Notes under the pieces: model-generated
Told to the model about the DNA's origin: nothing
The model's input: the letters and a program-made list of their open reading frames with translations, nothing else
The model's database searches: none
Program-made: the position numbers and the translations under genes
Assembly: GCF_006345805.1 (NCBI RefSeq)
Contig: NC_043026.1
Span: 11,036,001-11,100,000 of the forward strand
Direction: 5' to 3'
Source: Octopus sinensis
Lineage: Eukaryota
DNA length: 64,000 bases
In this document: positions 53,307-64,000 of the stretch, piece by piece
How the letters are laid out: every line of letters starts with the position of its first letter
How positions within the stretch are numbered: the stretch's first letter is position 1

Positions 53307-53730
53307 GGATCTTTTCGGTTTGACCGGCAGTTTTTTTAAATAATTTCCACGTAACTAAACACTTTTAAACTTCGTATACTGGTAGAATGTGTTTATAAAA
53401 CATCTTTTTCTCTTGGCTTTATTGAGAAAATTCTATAGTCTGTAAGATATTTGTTGTTGTTTTTCTCTTCAATTTCTGCAATTTCAACCAATCAATGACG
53501 TCTATTGAAGTAAAAATCATTCTGTGCCGTATGAATATGTCCTTCGTTTAAGAAACAGATTGGGTTTATTTACATATGTGAAGAAAAAAAGATACCCTTC
53601 CTTCCACCCCTAACCCTAACTAACCCTAAAACAGATTGAAATGTAATAGATCGATACTAGGGTCATAATTATGGGTGACAATTTCATATGACACTGCTAG
53701 AAAAAACTGCCGTTCAAACCGAAAAGATCC
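53307..53730. mobile_element. Merlin-like MITE, 8-bp TSD GTACTTTA
   Basis: TIR ggatcttttcggtttgaccggcagttttt; internal taaccc repeats. Confidence 0.85.
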
Positions 53731-54204
53731 GTACTTTAATTTATTGACACCAAAAGGACGAAAGACAAAGTTTACCTTGGCTGGATTTGAACGCACAATG
53801 TAAGCAGCCGAAAGAAATGCCGCTGTGCATTTTGTCCGACGCGCTTTCGATTCTGATAACCCTACTTTCTTTCTACTATAGAGACAAGACCCGAAATGTT
53901 GCGGAAAGTGAGTTTGTCGATTGCATCGACTCCAATAGTTGCTCGTATTTTATTTTATTGGCCCCAAAAGGATGTAAGGCAAAGTTGGCCCCGGGGAAAC
54001 TTGAACTCAAAACCTTAAAGAATCGCAAGAAATGTTGCCAGTCACTTTCTCTGCCAACTCCTTAATATTGGTTTCAAATTTTGGCTCAAGACCAGCAGTT
54101 TTGGGGGGAAGGGACAAAGTCGATCCCAGTGTTAAATGGATACTTATTTTATCGACCCCGAAAGAATGAAAGGCAATGTCGACCTTGGCGGAATTTCAAC
54201 TCAG

Positions 54205-54720
54205 AACGTAATCATCATCATTGTTCGACCGTGATCGAGACAATGGAATTTACCATGCTACGCCAGACTTCACGGTCCATCATAGCATTACGGAGGTCCT
54301 GTTGCTGGATTCTTGTATCCCTGGAGATTACATCAAGGTAGGAGAGTGTGTGCCCTCTGGTATCGCGAGTAGATGGCTTCCAGAGGAGAAGAGGAGAAAT
54401 TACTTCTTTTTCAGCTCTACAACAATGTCCAGCAAACTGGACTCTTCTACCTTTCACAAGAGATGACACAGGTGGTAGTTTCCCATATATTTGCATTTTG
54501 GTTGGATGACGCTTCCATGAGAGATTTTGAGCTCTCATAAGGAGGCAAGTGTAGGTTCCATCCAACCGCCTCTCAGGCTTCTTTGATAACGTTCAGGTTT
54601 CTGAGCCATATAGTAGAATTGGTTCGACTGTGGCTTTGAAGATTTCAAGTTTGAAGTCTCTACTTAGATTTGATGACCAGATCTTATGCATATCATTACA
54701 GGCTGACCAGGCCATACCCT
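54205..54720 (-). mobile_element. RTE-clade LINE 3' end with (TGA)n tail
   Basis: DGTYTCLLMRAQNLSW...RRVQFAGHC...MMDREVWR. Confidence 0.88.
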
Positions 54721-55061
54721 TTCTAGTTAGAACGGACGAAATGCCGCTAAGCATTTTTACCACCTGAGAGAACTAAGAGACTTTTTGCTCAAACAAAAAT
54801 ACGCGTCTCTACTTATAGAAAATGGCATACAGCGAACTAAAAAAAATAGCCATACAGCAACTTAGAACAACACAAAAAAGAGGAAAATAGAAACAAGTCA
54901 TACCATTCATAGTGATACACAACCCATGTCACCAGAATATATTTAACATTGCCAAAGTAAAACTACCAATCCTTGCTCAAAGTAATGAATTAAAAGATAT
55001 AATCACGGATTGAGCTATGGTTCTTAGTAAAAGACAGCCTAAAAACTTGAAAAATTATTAA

Positions 55062-55832
55062 CGACGTCTGGTAGCTGATTTGGCAGACACCCATAAAATT
55101 ATTAACCATCTTACAAATAATAACTCTGAGCACCTTTTCAAACTCCACCCGTCTAACACCCGTGGACACATTTACAAAGTCAGAAAACAGCACAGCTCCC
55201 ATGACTTTAGGAAACATTTTTTCACGCTGAGAGTTGCTGAAGCATGGAACAAACTGCCAGCATCAGTTGTTAGTTGTCAGAGCACTGCATCCTTCAAAAC
55301 TTCCATGCTTCCTGAGATTCGCCAACACTACACCTGATTTCCTCCACTCCATACACACACAAGCATGTATCTGACTCATACACGGTTCACTTCCCAGACA
55401 TTCGTACATTACTGCATATGCAGACACCCATAAAATTATCAACCATCTTACAAACAATAACTCTGAGCACCTTTTCAAACTCCACCCGTCTAACACCCGT
55501 GGACATATTTACAAAGTCAGAAAACAGCACAGCTCCCATGACTTTCAGAAACATTTTTTCACGCTAAGAGTTGCTGAAGTATGGAACAAACTGCCAGCAT
55601 CAGTTGTTAGTTGTCGGAGCACTGCATCCTTCAAAACTTCCATGCTTCCTGAGATTCGCCAACACTACACCTGATTTCCTCCACTCCATACACACGCAAG
55701 CATGTATCTGACTCATACACTGTTCGCTTTCCAGACATTTGTACATTACTGCATATTCTTTATACGCACTTTCTGACAAGTTGTGGTGCACCTGAGCACT
55801 GTATACAATAATTTCATTATTATTATCATTAT
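55062..55832 (+). mobile_element. CR1-type LINE 3' end, tandemly duplicated (337-bp period), nested in the PLE
   Basis: TRGHIYKV...RKHFFTLRVAEAWNKLP at 55083 and 55420; (ATT)n tail. Confidence 0.9.
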
Positions 55833-56181
55833 ATAAAGGCAAAGTTTGACCTTAACAACAAAGACCAATCATTCAGTGTATGAAATGCAATGATAGCCGG
55901 TGTGGCACATGCCAGTTCATACATACCGGCCGATATATGAACACAAAGGCCGAGGAAATATTCACAAACGCAGATGTGAACTGCAAAAGCAGAAATTTAA
56001 TTTATTGCATCAAATGCAGTCGAATTGTAAAGAACTATATGTGGGTCAGAATGGAAATGCACTATCAGATCGTTTGCGTGTGCACCGACAACAAATTAGA
56101 GACCCATGTGGTCGGAAAATATTTATATTTCCATTCCACAAACTTCCAAGTGAAATCGAGAGAACAATCAGAGAAAAGAAC

Positions 56182-56735
56182 TGTAGTGACGTTATACAAC
56201 AGTGCGCGCGCGACGTCATTTTCAGTGTGCGGGTGCGGAACGTCCTTCTTCAGTGTGCGTGTGCGGAGTTGGAGCCTTCTGGAAAGGCAGAAGGGGAGTG
56301 CCCTCTCGGACATGCGCAAAGACTGAAGAAGGAATTGCTGATGTGGCATTAGCTGATAGGCGAGGGACAGCGTTCCCTTAACAAGGACACAGATAGACAC
56401 GCATAGCAGCAGTAGCAGAACGCCTTCATACGAGATTGTGGCAGACCTATTTTCTCCGCTGTCTCTGGACGCTAAGATTTGACCTGCTCTGTTTTGCTGC
56501 TGAACTTGTTGTAAGATTCTTACAAGTGTTAAAGTTCAGCCTTGCCACACCAGAACCAAGTGGATACCAATATACCACCTTACTTCTTTCTGTGAATAAG
56601 AAAATAAAGAATATATATATTTTTAAGGTTGCGTTCGTGTTCCTTGACTGGTAGATTCTGGAAATTAAAGAACGGAAATTGTGTTGCACCTGAGTTGCAC
56701 CCCAAAAGTGTAAGAAGCAACGAGTTCCCGTTACA
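56182..56735 (+). mobile_element. Solo LTR, 554 bp, 4-bp TSD GAAC
   Basis: Begins TGTA, ends TACA; gaac on both sides; AATAAA near 56605; the PLE coding sequence resumes after removal. Confidence 0.8.
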
Positions 56736-56960
56736 GAACTTTATTGATAAATTCCAACGCAAGTTAAGTAAACAATAATAATAATACTTGGAGGTAGTAT
56801 CTCTGCAAAAAGAGAAACGAACACGCAATCCAGCGAGAAAAGTATTTAAAATAACCGTTAACAGATATGGATGTATAAACGTCCTGGGGCAAGCTGCATG
56901 GTGCAAGTCCACTCACTCATACAAGCATCCGCAAAAATGTGAGCATACGCACACGTGAGG

Positions 56961-57370
56961 GGATCTTTTCGGTTTGACCGGCAGTTTTTTTTTTATAATT
57001 TCCACGTAACTAAACACTTTTAAACTTCGTATACTGGTAGAATGTGTTTATAAAACATCTTTTTCTCTTGGCTTTATTGAGAAAATTCTATAGTTTGTAA
57101 GATATTTGTTGTTGTTTTTCTTCAATTTCTGCAATTTCAACCAATCAATGACGTCTATTGAGGTGAAAACATTCTGTGCTGTATGAATATGTCCTCGTTT
57201 AAGAAACAGATTGGGTTTATTTACATTTCTGAAGAAAAAAAGATACCCTTCTCCCCACCCCTAACCCTAAAACATTGAAATGCAATAGATCGATACTAGG
57301 GTCATAATTATGGGTGACAATTTCATATGACACCGCTAGAAAAAAACTGCCGTTCAAACCGAAAAGATCC
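56961..57370. mobile_element. Merlin-like MITE, 9-bp TSD CACGTGAGG
   Basis: Same TIRs and body as 53307-53730. Confidence 0.88.
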
Positions 57371-57469
57371 CACGTGAGGTTTGGTGCACTCGTCATCACA
57401 AAGCGAGTTAGCTATCTACTTGGTGTTTGTAAAAATGGGGGAGTTAAAAGTAAACTTAAGTCATTCATA

Positions 57470-58286
57470 GGATCTTTTCCTTTTGAACGGCACATTGTAA
57501 CATAATTTCTAGGTAACTAAAAAGTTTTAAACTTCGTATACTGGTAGAATGTGTTTATAAAACATCTTTTTCTCTTGGCTTTATTGAGAAAATTCTATAG
57601 GTTGTAAGATATTTCATCTGAAATTTCTTGCAAACGGCAATTTTAACCAATCAATTACCTCCATTGACGTATATAACATTCTGTGCATAATGAATATGTC
57701 CCTCCTTTAATAAACAGATTCGGTTTATTTACATCTGTGAAGAAAAAAAATACCCTTCCCCAACCCCTAACCCTAACCCTAACCCTAAATCTAAAATAGA
57801 TTGAAATTCAATAGATCGATACTAGGGCCATAATTATGGGTGACATTTTCATTTGACACCGCTAGAAAAAAATCCCATTTTCCGTAGCGGTGTCAAATGA
57901 AATTGTCACCCATAATTATAACCCTAGTATCGATCTATTGCATTTCAATCTATTTTAGATTTAGGGTTAGAGTTAGGGTTAGGGTTAGGGGTGGGGGAAG
58001 GGTATCTTTTTTCTTCACAAATGTAAATAAACCCAATCTGTTTCTTAAAGGAGGGACATATTCATTATGCACAGAATGTTATTTACGTCAATGGAGGTAA
58101 TTGATTGGTTAAAATTGCCGAAATGCAAGAAATTTCAGACGAAATATCTCACAACCTATAGAATTTTCTCAATAAAGCCAAGAGAAAATGATGTTTTATA
58201 AATACATTCTACCAGTATACGAAGTTTAAAACTTTTTAGTTACCTAGAAATTATGTTACAAAGTGCCGTTCAAAAGGAAAAGATCC
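57470..58286. mobile_element. Palindromic Merlin-like element, arms about 395-400 bp, 8-bp TSD CATTCATA
   Basis: Arms 57470-57864 and 57885-58286 are reverse complements; (TAACCC)n/(TTAGGG)n in each arm. Confidence 0.9.
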
Positions 58287-58520
58287 CATTCATACCTTAA
58301 ACTAAATTAAATTAAGTTAACGGTTACTCGAAACTCATTCCCGACTGCATTGCTATAGTAGAAGACGCTTGCCCCGGGTGCCATGCAGCGAGACTGAACC
58401 TACTCTGTGTCCATAGAAAATACTGTCTCTGGACAAATACTGCAGTAAATTTTGCCTATCACGATGTATTTACATTAAGCAGGATACATAAATGGCGACA
58501 TAGTAGTTATTTTACTGAGT

Positions 58521-58699
58521 GGTCATAACTTCGGTATAGGTACCGGAAATACCGGATACATTTCAAGAAAGTGGTTTTTTTTATTTATATGGGGGAGTTA
58601 GAGTTAGGGTTAGGGGTGGGAGAAAAGGGTTTCTGTTATCTTCAGAAATGTAAACAAAGCCACTTCCGGTACTTACGTTACCTATACCGAAGGATCGCC
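58521..58699. mobile_element. Short Merlin-like MITE, 8-bp TSD TACTGAGT
   Basis: GG...CC ends with cttcggtataggta inverted repeat; internal gttagagttagggttagggg. Confidence 0.7.
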
Positions 58700-58720
58700 T
58701 ACTGAGTGATTTTCTTTTAA

Positions 58721-58938
58721 CCCTTTAGTGTTCAGATTATTCTGTTAAACGTAATACTTTTTCATTCAAATTGTTTTGAATTAATCATGCATTATCTTAT
58801 AGCTTTGAGGTTTCAATGATATGATTGTTTATTTTTAGAATGTCATTGTAGGTTAGGTGTGAGAGGCTAGAAATGGCCAGTTTGAATATGAAACATAGAA
58901 TATTTGGGCCGGATATGGCCAGTTTAAACACTAAAGGG
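58721..58938. mobile_element. piggyBac-type MITE
   Basis: TTAA-ccctttagtgtt...aacactaaaggg-TTAA. Confidence 0.85.
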
Positions 58939-59791
58939 TTAATTTGCTATGAGTCGTATACAACGCAATAGGCTCACCGATATAACCAAAGTATCTTTGA
59001 ATGTATTAAATTATATAAGGGACTTTTAAATTCTGTCACCGGTATCATCCAGGGAGGAGATAATTATCAACGATCGTCTATCTAATACGTTTCTAATTAA
59101 TTAGCTCAAATTCAAATAATTTAATTGTATTATGTATTTCAATTATCTCAATTGTGAACGTGAATGATTGTAGATAATATATATACATTAACCTACATGG
59201 TTCAGGGGCAATATTCTATCACCTTCATGATTGAATATTTCGAGTTAGCGCAAGGTGCGTTACATCGTTAATTGGCTGTTCCCTATTTTAGGGGACGAGG
59301 AAACGGATTTTAATCAACAACGAATGAATGAATAACTTCCCTGGCTCTTTTTGGCCTTTCATTTGGCTTCCAAATCGAAACCGATTGTTATTTTTGGATT
59401 CCTACCACAACACACATTATGTAGTTCTCTATGATCTATCGTGAACAATCTGGACTTATCAAGACTCGCACACACAAATATACATACATACATCATTTAT
59501 TCTGCTCCCTGTCAATCTATTTACGCATTTCTTTCGCCGACATATTCGTATTTGTTAACATAAAAATAGAATTCGGTTTTTTCTACACTAAAATATACGT
59601 GTAACTGGGAGAGGATCTAATTAGCGACAAACGTCCTTGTGGTAAGTAAGAAATATATCTACGTATATATCTACATGTTTTCTACAAATTTATACGGAGT
59701 TTTATGATATGCAAGGCAAGATATTGAATCGTAGAACATTCTACTCACAGACGTTGCTCAGATTTTGATTATTCATCGATCGTTAATTAAC

Positions 59792-60889
59792 ATGGAAGAC
59801 GTTAATGACTTAGATACTTGCGACACAACCTTTTTTAACGACACAGATTCCGTTACACAAACAGAGAGAGATGAGAAACTTTTACGTGATGGAACATTAA
59901 TTAAACAAACATCACTGGACGGAAATATTTCTGAATATCGCTGCGAGGTTTGTGGGAAAATATTCTGCTCGGAAAATGAAGTTTTCACCCATAAAGAAAT
60001 ACACAATAGAGAAAAACAGTTTCGTTGTGATGTATGTGGGAAATATTTTGTCTTTAACAGTCAGTTAACGAGTCACAGAAGAGTCCACACAGGGGAAAAG
60101 CCTTTTCATTGCGAAATCTGTGGTAAATCTTTCATAAGTAATTCCCACCTTACTGTCCATAAACGAAGTCATACTGGAGAAAAACCGTATAAATGTGAAA
60201 TCTGTGGGAAGTCTTTCTCTGATAATTCTAATCTCGCTGTTCACAAAAGAATTCATACCGGGGAAAGACCATTTCATTGTGAAACCTGTGGGAAATCTTT
60301 TGGCGATAATAGTTATTTAATGAACCACAAGATTATACACACGGGGGAAAAGCCGTATCATTGTGAAATATGTGGCAAGTGTTTCGTCAATAACAGTAAT
60401 TTGAATAGACACAAACGAATACACATTGGAGGAAATGTATTTCATTGTAAAATCTGTGGGAAATCATTCTCCGATAATTCTAACCTTGTTATCCACGTAC
60501 GTAGCCACACTGGCGAAAAACCTTATCACTGTGAGATATGCGACAAATCTTTTGTCACTCACAGTCTCTTAAAGACACACACAAGGATACACACGGGTGA
60601 AAAGCCATATCACTGTGACGTATGCGGCAAGTCTTTTACCCAGAACTCTAATCTTGTCATCCACAAACGTTGTCACACTGGGGAAAAACCGTATTATTGC
60701 GAAATCTGTGGAAAGTCCTTCGTTAGCAAGTCTCACCTTATAGTTCACAGGTGTAGCCACACTGGGGAAAAACCTTTTCACTGTGAAATTTGTGCGAAAT
60801 CATTTATCACTAATGGCCACTTAAAAAAGCACAAGCAAATACACAATCGAGGGAAACCTAATTGTAAAAAAGAACCCCTTCGGTCGTGA
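59792..60889 (+). CDS. C2H2 (Kruppel-type) zinc-finger protein, 11 tandem fingers, single coding exon, 365 aa from the ATG at 59792
   Basis: Eleven C-x2-C-x12-H-x3-H units, mostly joined by TGEKP linkers, after an acidic N-terminus. Possible short 5'UTR intron 59642-59750 (gtaagt...cacag). Confidence 0.95.
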   Translation: MEDVNDLDTCDTTFFNDTDSVTQTERDEKLLRDGTLIKQTSLDGNISEYRCEVCGKIFCSENEVFTHKEIHNREKQFRCDVCGKYFVFNSQLTSHRRVHTGEKPFHCEICGKSFISNSHLTVHKRSHTGEKPYKCEICGKSFSDNSNLAVHKRIHTGERPFHCETCGKSFGDNSYLMNHKIIHTGEKPYHCEICGKCFVNNSNLNRHKRIHIGGNVFHCKICGKSFSDNSNLVIHVRSHTGEKPYHCEICDKSFVTHSLLKTHTRIHTGEKPYHCDVCGKSFTQNSNLVIHKRCHTGEKPYYCEICGKSFVSKSHLIVHRCSHTGEKPFHCEICAKSFITNGHLKKHKQIHNRGKPNCKKEPLRS

Positions 60890-60935
60890 ATGATCATGGG
60901 ATTGCATCTAGAAAAGTTCCCCTCCAAGGTACAAG

Positions 60936-61720
60936 GTGGCGAGTTGGCAGAAACGTTAGCACGCCGGGCGAAATGCTTAGCGGTATTTCGTCTGCCGCTA
61001 CGTTCTGAGTTCAAATTCCGCCGAGGTCGACTCTGCCTTTCATCCTTTCGGGGTCGATTAGATTAAATAAGTACCAGTTACGCACTGGGGTCGATATAAT
61101 CGACTTAATCCGTTTGTTTGTCCTTGTTTGTCCCCTCTGTGTTTAGCCCCTTGTGGGTAGTAAAGAAATAGGTATTTTCGCCTGTCGCTACGTTCTGAGT
61201 TCAAATTCCGCCGAGGTCGACTTTGCCTTTCATCCTTTCGGGGTCGATTAAATAAGTACCAGTTACGCACTGGGGTCGATATAATCGACTTAATCCGTTT
61301 GTCTGTCCTTGTTTGTCCCCTCTGTGTTTAGCCCCTTGTGGGTAGTAAAGAAATAGGTATTTTCGCCTGTCGCTACGTTCTAAGTTCAAATTCCGCCGAG
61401 GTCGACTTTGCCTTTCATCCTTTCGGGGTCGATTAGATTAAATAAGTACCAGTTACGCACTGGGGTCGATATAATCGACTTAATCCGTTTGTTTGTCCTT
61501 GTTTGTCCCCTCTGTGTTTAGCCCCTTGTGGGTAGTAAAGAAATAGGTATTTTCGCCTGTCGCTACGTTCTAAGTTCAAATTCCGCCGAGGTCGACTTTG
61601 CCTTTCATCCTTTCGGGGTCGATTAAATAAGTACCAGTTACGCACTGGGGTCGATATAATCGACTTAATCCGTTTGTTTGTCCCCTCTGTGTTTAGTCCC
61701 TTGTGGGTAATAAAGAAATA
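60936..61720 (+). mobile_element. SINE family A tetramer (units about 190/185/190 bp plus terminal unit) inserted into a family C SINE
   Basis: ctacgttct recurs at 60998, 61188, 61373 and 61563; flanked by the duplication aggtacaag. Confidence 0.88.
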
Positions 61721-62587
61721 GGTACAAGTCCAGGCAAGGTTGTTTATGGAAGACCAGCAGTCGCCCATGCATACCGGCCTCTCTTCTCCGTGTACATAGA
61801 GTAATGGGTAAAGACCCCCTTCAGTCATGACTGACCATGGGATTTCACCTAGAAAGTTCCCTTCCGAGGTACAAGTCCGGGCAGGGTTGTTTATGGAAGA
61901 CCAGCAGTCGCCCATGCATACCAGCCTCGCTTCTCCGTGTACATAGAGTAATGGGTAAAGACCCCCTTCAGTCATGACTGACCATGGGATTTCACCTAGT
62001 AAGTTCCCTTCCGAGGTACAAGTCCGGGCAGGGTTGTTTATGGAAGACCAGCAGTCGCCCATGCATACCAGCCTCGCTTCTCCGTGTACGAAGAGTAATG
62101 GGTAAAGACCCCCTTCAGTCATGACTGACCATGGGATTTCACCTAGAAAGTTCCCTTCCGAGGTACAAGTCCAGGCAAGGTTGTTTATGGAAGACTAGCA
62201 GTCGCCCATGCATACCGGCCTCTCTTCTCCGTGTACGAAGAGTAATGGGTAAAGACCCCCTTCAGTCATGACTGACCATGGGATTTCACCTAGAAAGTTC
62301 CCTTCCAAGGCACAAGTCCAGGTAAGGTTGTTTATGGAAGACCAGCAGTCACCCATACATACCAGCTTCCTCTCTCCCTGCCATCGATGTTATCCAAGGG
62401 AAAGGCTAAGGGGCCAATACAGCTTGGCACTGGTGATGAAGCAAATCATTTCTAATGCTGAGTGAACTGGAGCAACAGGAAATAAAGAGTCTTGCTCAAG
62501 AACACAACACAACACACAGCCCAGACCAAGAATTGAACTCACTACCTCATGATTGTGAATCAGACGCACTGAGTCATGCACCTTCAC
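61721..62587 (-). mobile_element. SINE family C with four 147-bp tandem units of its 3' part; its 3' tip lies at about 60870-60935
   Basis: ggtacaag/ggcacaag at 61721, 61868, 62015, 62162 and 62309; tRNA-like head at 62520-62587. Confidence 0.85.
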
Positions 62588-63614
62588 CTAACTGTAAAGC
62601 ACCAGAAATCATCTTAAAGATCTAAACCCATTGATCTACCAATTACTATACATTGGAGAATGTTTTCCCATGTTGAAATATGCCTGAAATAATTCTCTTT
62701 GAATTTTCGTCTTGTCTACAAATGTACTCTTTGCAAACATCAGATGGCCCCTCAACAACACATATGACTTTTATCAAATGTCCTTGTGCACCTTAAGTTT
62801 TTTGTTTTTTTTTCTTGGTTGTGGCCCTGAGAAACCCTTCCATAACTGAAAGCCTTATTTGTGAACACAAACAAAAGACAAAAAAACTGTATTTATGGCC
62901 CTCATTCATTTAAGAGAAACCCTTCCACAACTGAAAGCCTTATTTGTGAACACAAACAAAAAAACTAATAGTATACAAGGGGGTGCTGGAAAGTTCCTGG
63001 TTTAGTGTAAAAGAAATTACAGGAGGATCAATTAATTATGATTTTATTTAACATATTCCCTTCTCAGATTCACACACTTATTGCATTGGTCCTTCGGTTT
63101 TTCTGAGCCCTGTAAAAAAAAAACTCAGAAGGTTGGGCCTCCAATCAGGCCTTTCCTGATAAACTCTTAAAACTAGGAACTTTTCAGCCCCCTCTCATAT
63201 AAGATGCACTTTTATAAAAAAAAAAAGAAATGTGTAAAAGTATCACCATGGGACCTATATGTGAAGCTGGACCTCCCATAATTTTTAATGCACTAAAAAC
63301 ATTTTCCCGAAATGTGTAGCTGATATTGGTATGCATCTTTTATGCCATCAAATGCTGCGTACCAGTGTGACCTTAAGACTATGGTTATCTTACTTACTTG
63401 TACTTATGGCGACATTCACCCTGGGTGGGTTGAGTCGGCTTCTTCCACCACCCTCGAGGCATTGTATTCGCCATTGAGAATTCATGGAAGAAGTTTCGCG
63501 GGAATATGTGGATTTGATAAGCGGTCCCCAACAATCCCGCGTGTAGAGACATCCTGTTTGCCGCAGATTGTCCGCAGACGCAGGGGCAGGATGACCGAGG
63601 AGCCGCCGGTTGCC

Positions 63615-63990
63615 GAAACAGACACTCCGAGGATTTTCACCAGAGCCCCGTCTGCCGGGTTGTGGCCCTAATACCACTTGGTGTCAGACCAATCCGCCTT
63701 GGGTGGCCCTACCAGGAACCGAAGCTCCCGACAGCATAGCTCTGACACTATCCGTTGCCAGCGTCCCCACCACGGTGAGGAGGGGATGGACTTTGGGGAC
63801 ACAAACAGACACTCCGAGGATTTTCACCAGAGCCCCATCTGCCGGGTTGTGGCCCTAATACCACTCGGTGTCAGACCAATCCGCCTTGGGTTGCCCTACC
63901 AGAAACCGAAGTTCCCGACAGCATAGCTCTGACACTATCCGTTGCCAGCGTCCCCACCACGGTGAGGAGGGGATGGACTTTGGGGATCAG
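63615..63990. repeat. GC-rich tandem repeat, two 187-bp units, unclassified
   Basis: gacactccgagg at 63621 and 63808. Confidence 0.85.
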
Positions 63991-64000
63991 AACTGAAGTA

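Larger units (their letters stand above)
54770..56800 (+). mobile_element. Penelope-like element (RT C-terminus, Cys linker, GIY-YIG), split by two nested insertions
   Basis: VIPFIVIHNP...KRQPKNLK; KCNDSRCGTC; NLIYCIKC...LYVGQ...RLRVHRQQI; ends REK...IDKFQ. Confidence 0.85.

Noticed and set aside
53605-58615. TTAGGG repeats as a true telomere or chromosome-fusion scar
   Set aside because: The tracts are only 2-5 units long and lie inside TIR- and TSD-bounded elements; the head-to-head pair at 57760/57990 is explained by the palindromic MITE.
61721-62308. 147-bp array as a retrozyme or CRISPR-like array
   Set aside because: No hammerhead core and no unique spacers; the units are SINE sequence in a eukaryotic genome.

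Overview
Repeat-rich, AT-rich eukaryotic (animal) genomic DNA. The tRNA-derived SINE families, the extreme (TA)n/(TAA)n microsatellite load and the single-exon C2H2 array point to a coleoid cephalopod, probably Octopus (inference). Two protein-coding genes are present. (1) A minus-strand apolipophorin/apoB-like large lipid transfer protein gene: I reconstructed 23 phase-compatible GT-AG exons from 40164 down to 578 (about 8.35 kb CDS, about 2780 aa), including one 3060-nt exon. The N-terminal exons were not found (100-N gap at 40688-40787) and the C-terminus continues past position 1. The two frameshifted exons near the gap look like assembly errors. (2) A plus-strand 11-finger C2H2 zinc-finger gene (59792-60889) whose last codons and stop come from a SINE. 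The rest is transposon debris: CR1, RTE, Tx1/L1 and R4/Dong LINE fragments, Penelope-like elements (PLEs), a solo LTR, Merlin-, mariner-, piggyBac- and Tc2/pogo-type MITEs, and several SINE families. Most striking: at least five type I hammerhead ribozymes with intact catalytic cores and palindromic stem III, plus several near-intact or decayed ones, from different sequence families. They often sit as inverted pairs in PLE-type terminal repeats, some sense to the host pre-mRNA. Also notable: four Merlin-like MITEs carrying TTAGGG repeats upstream of the zinc-finger gene, one an 817-bp near-perfect palindrome.
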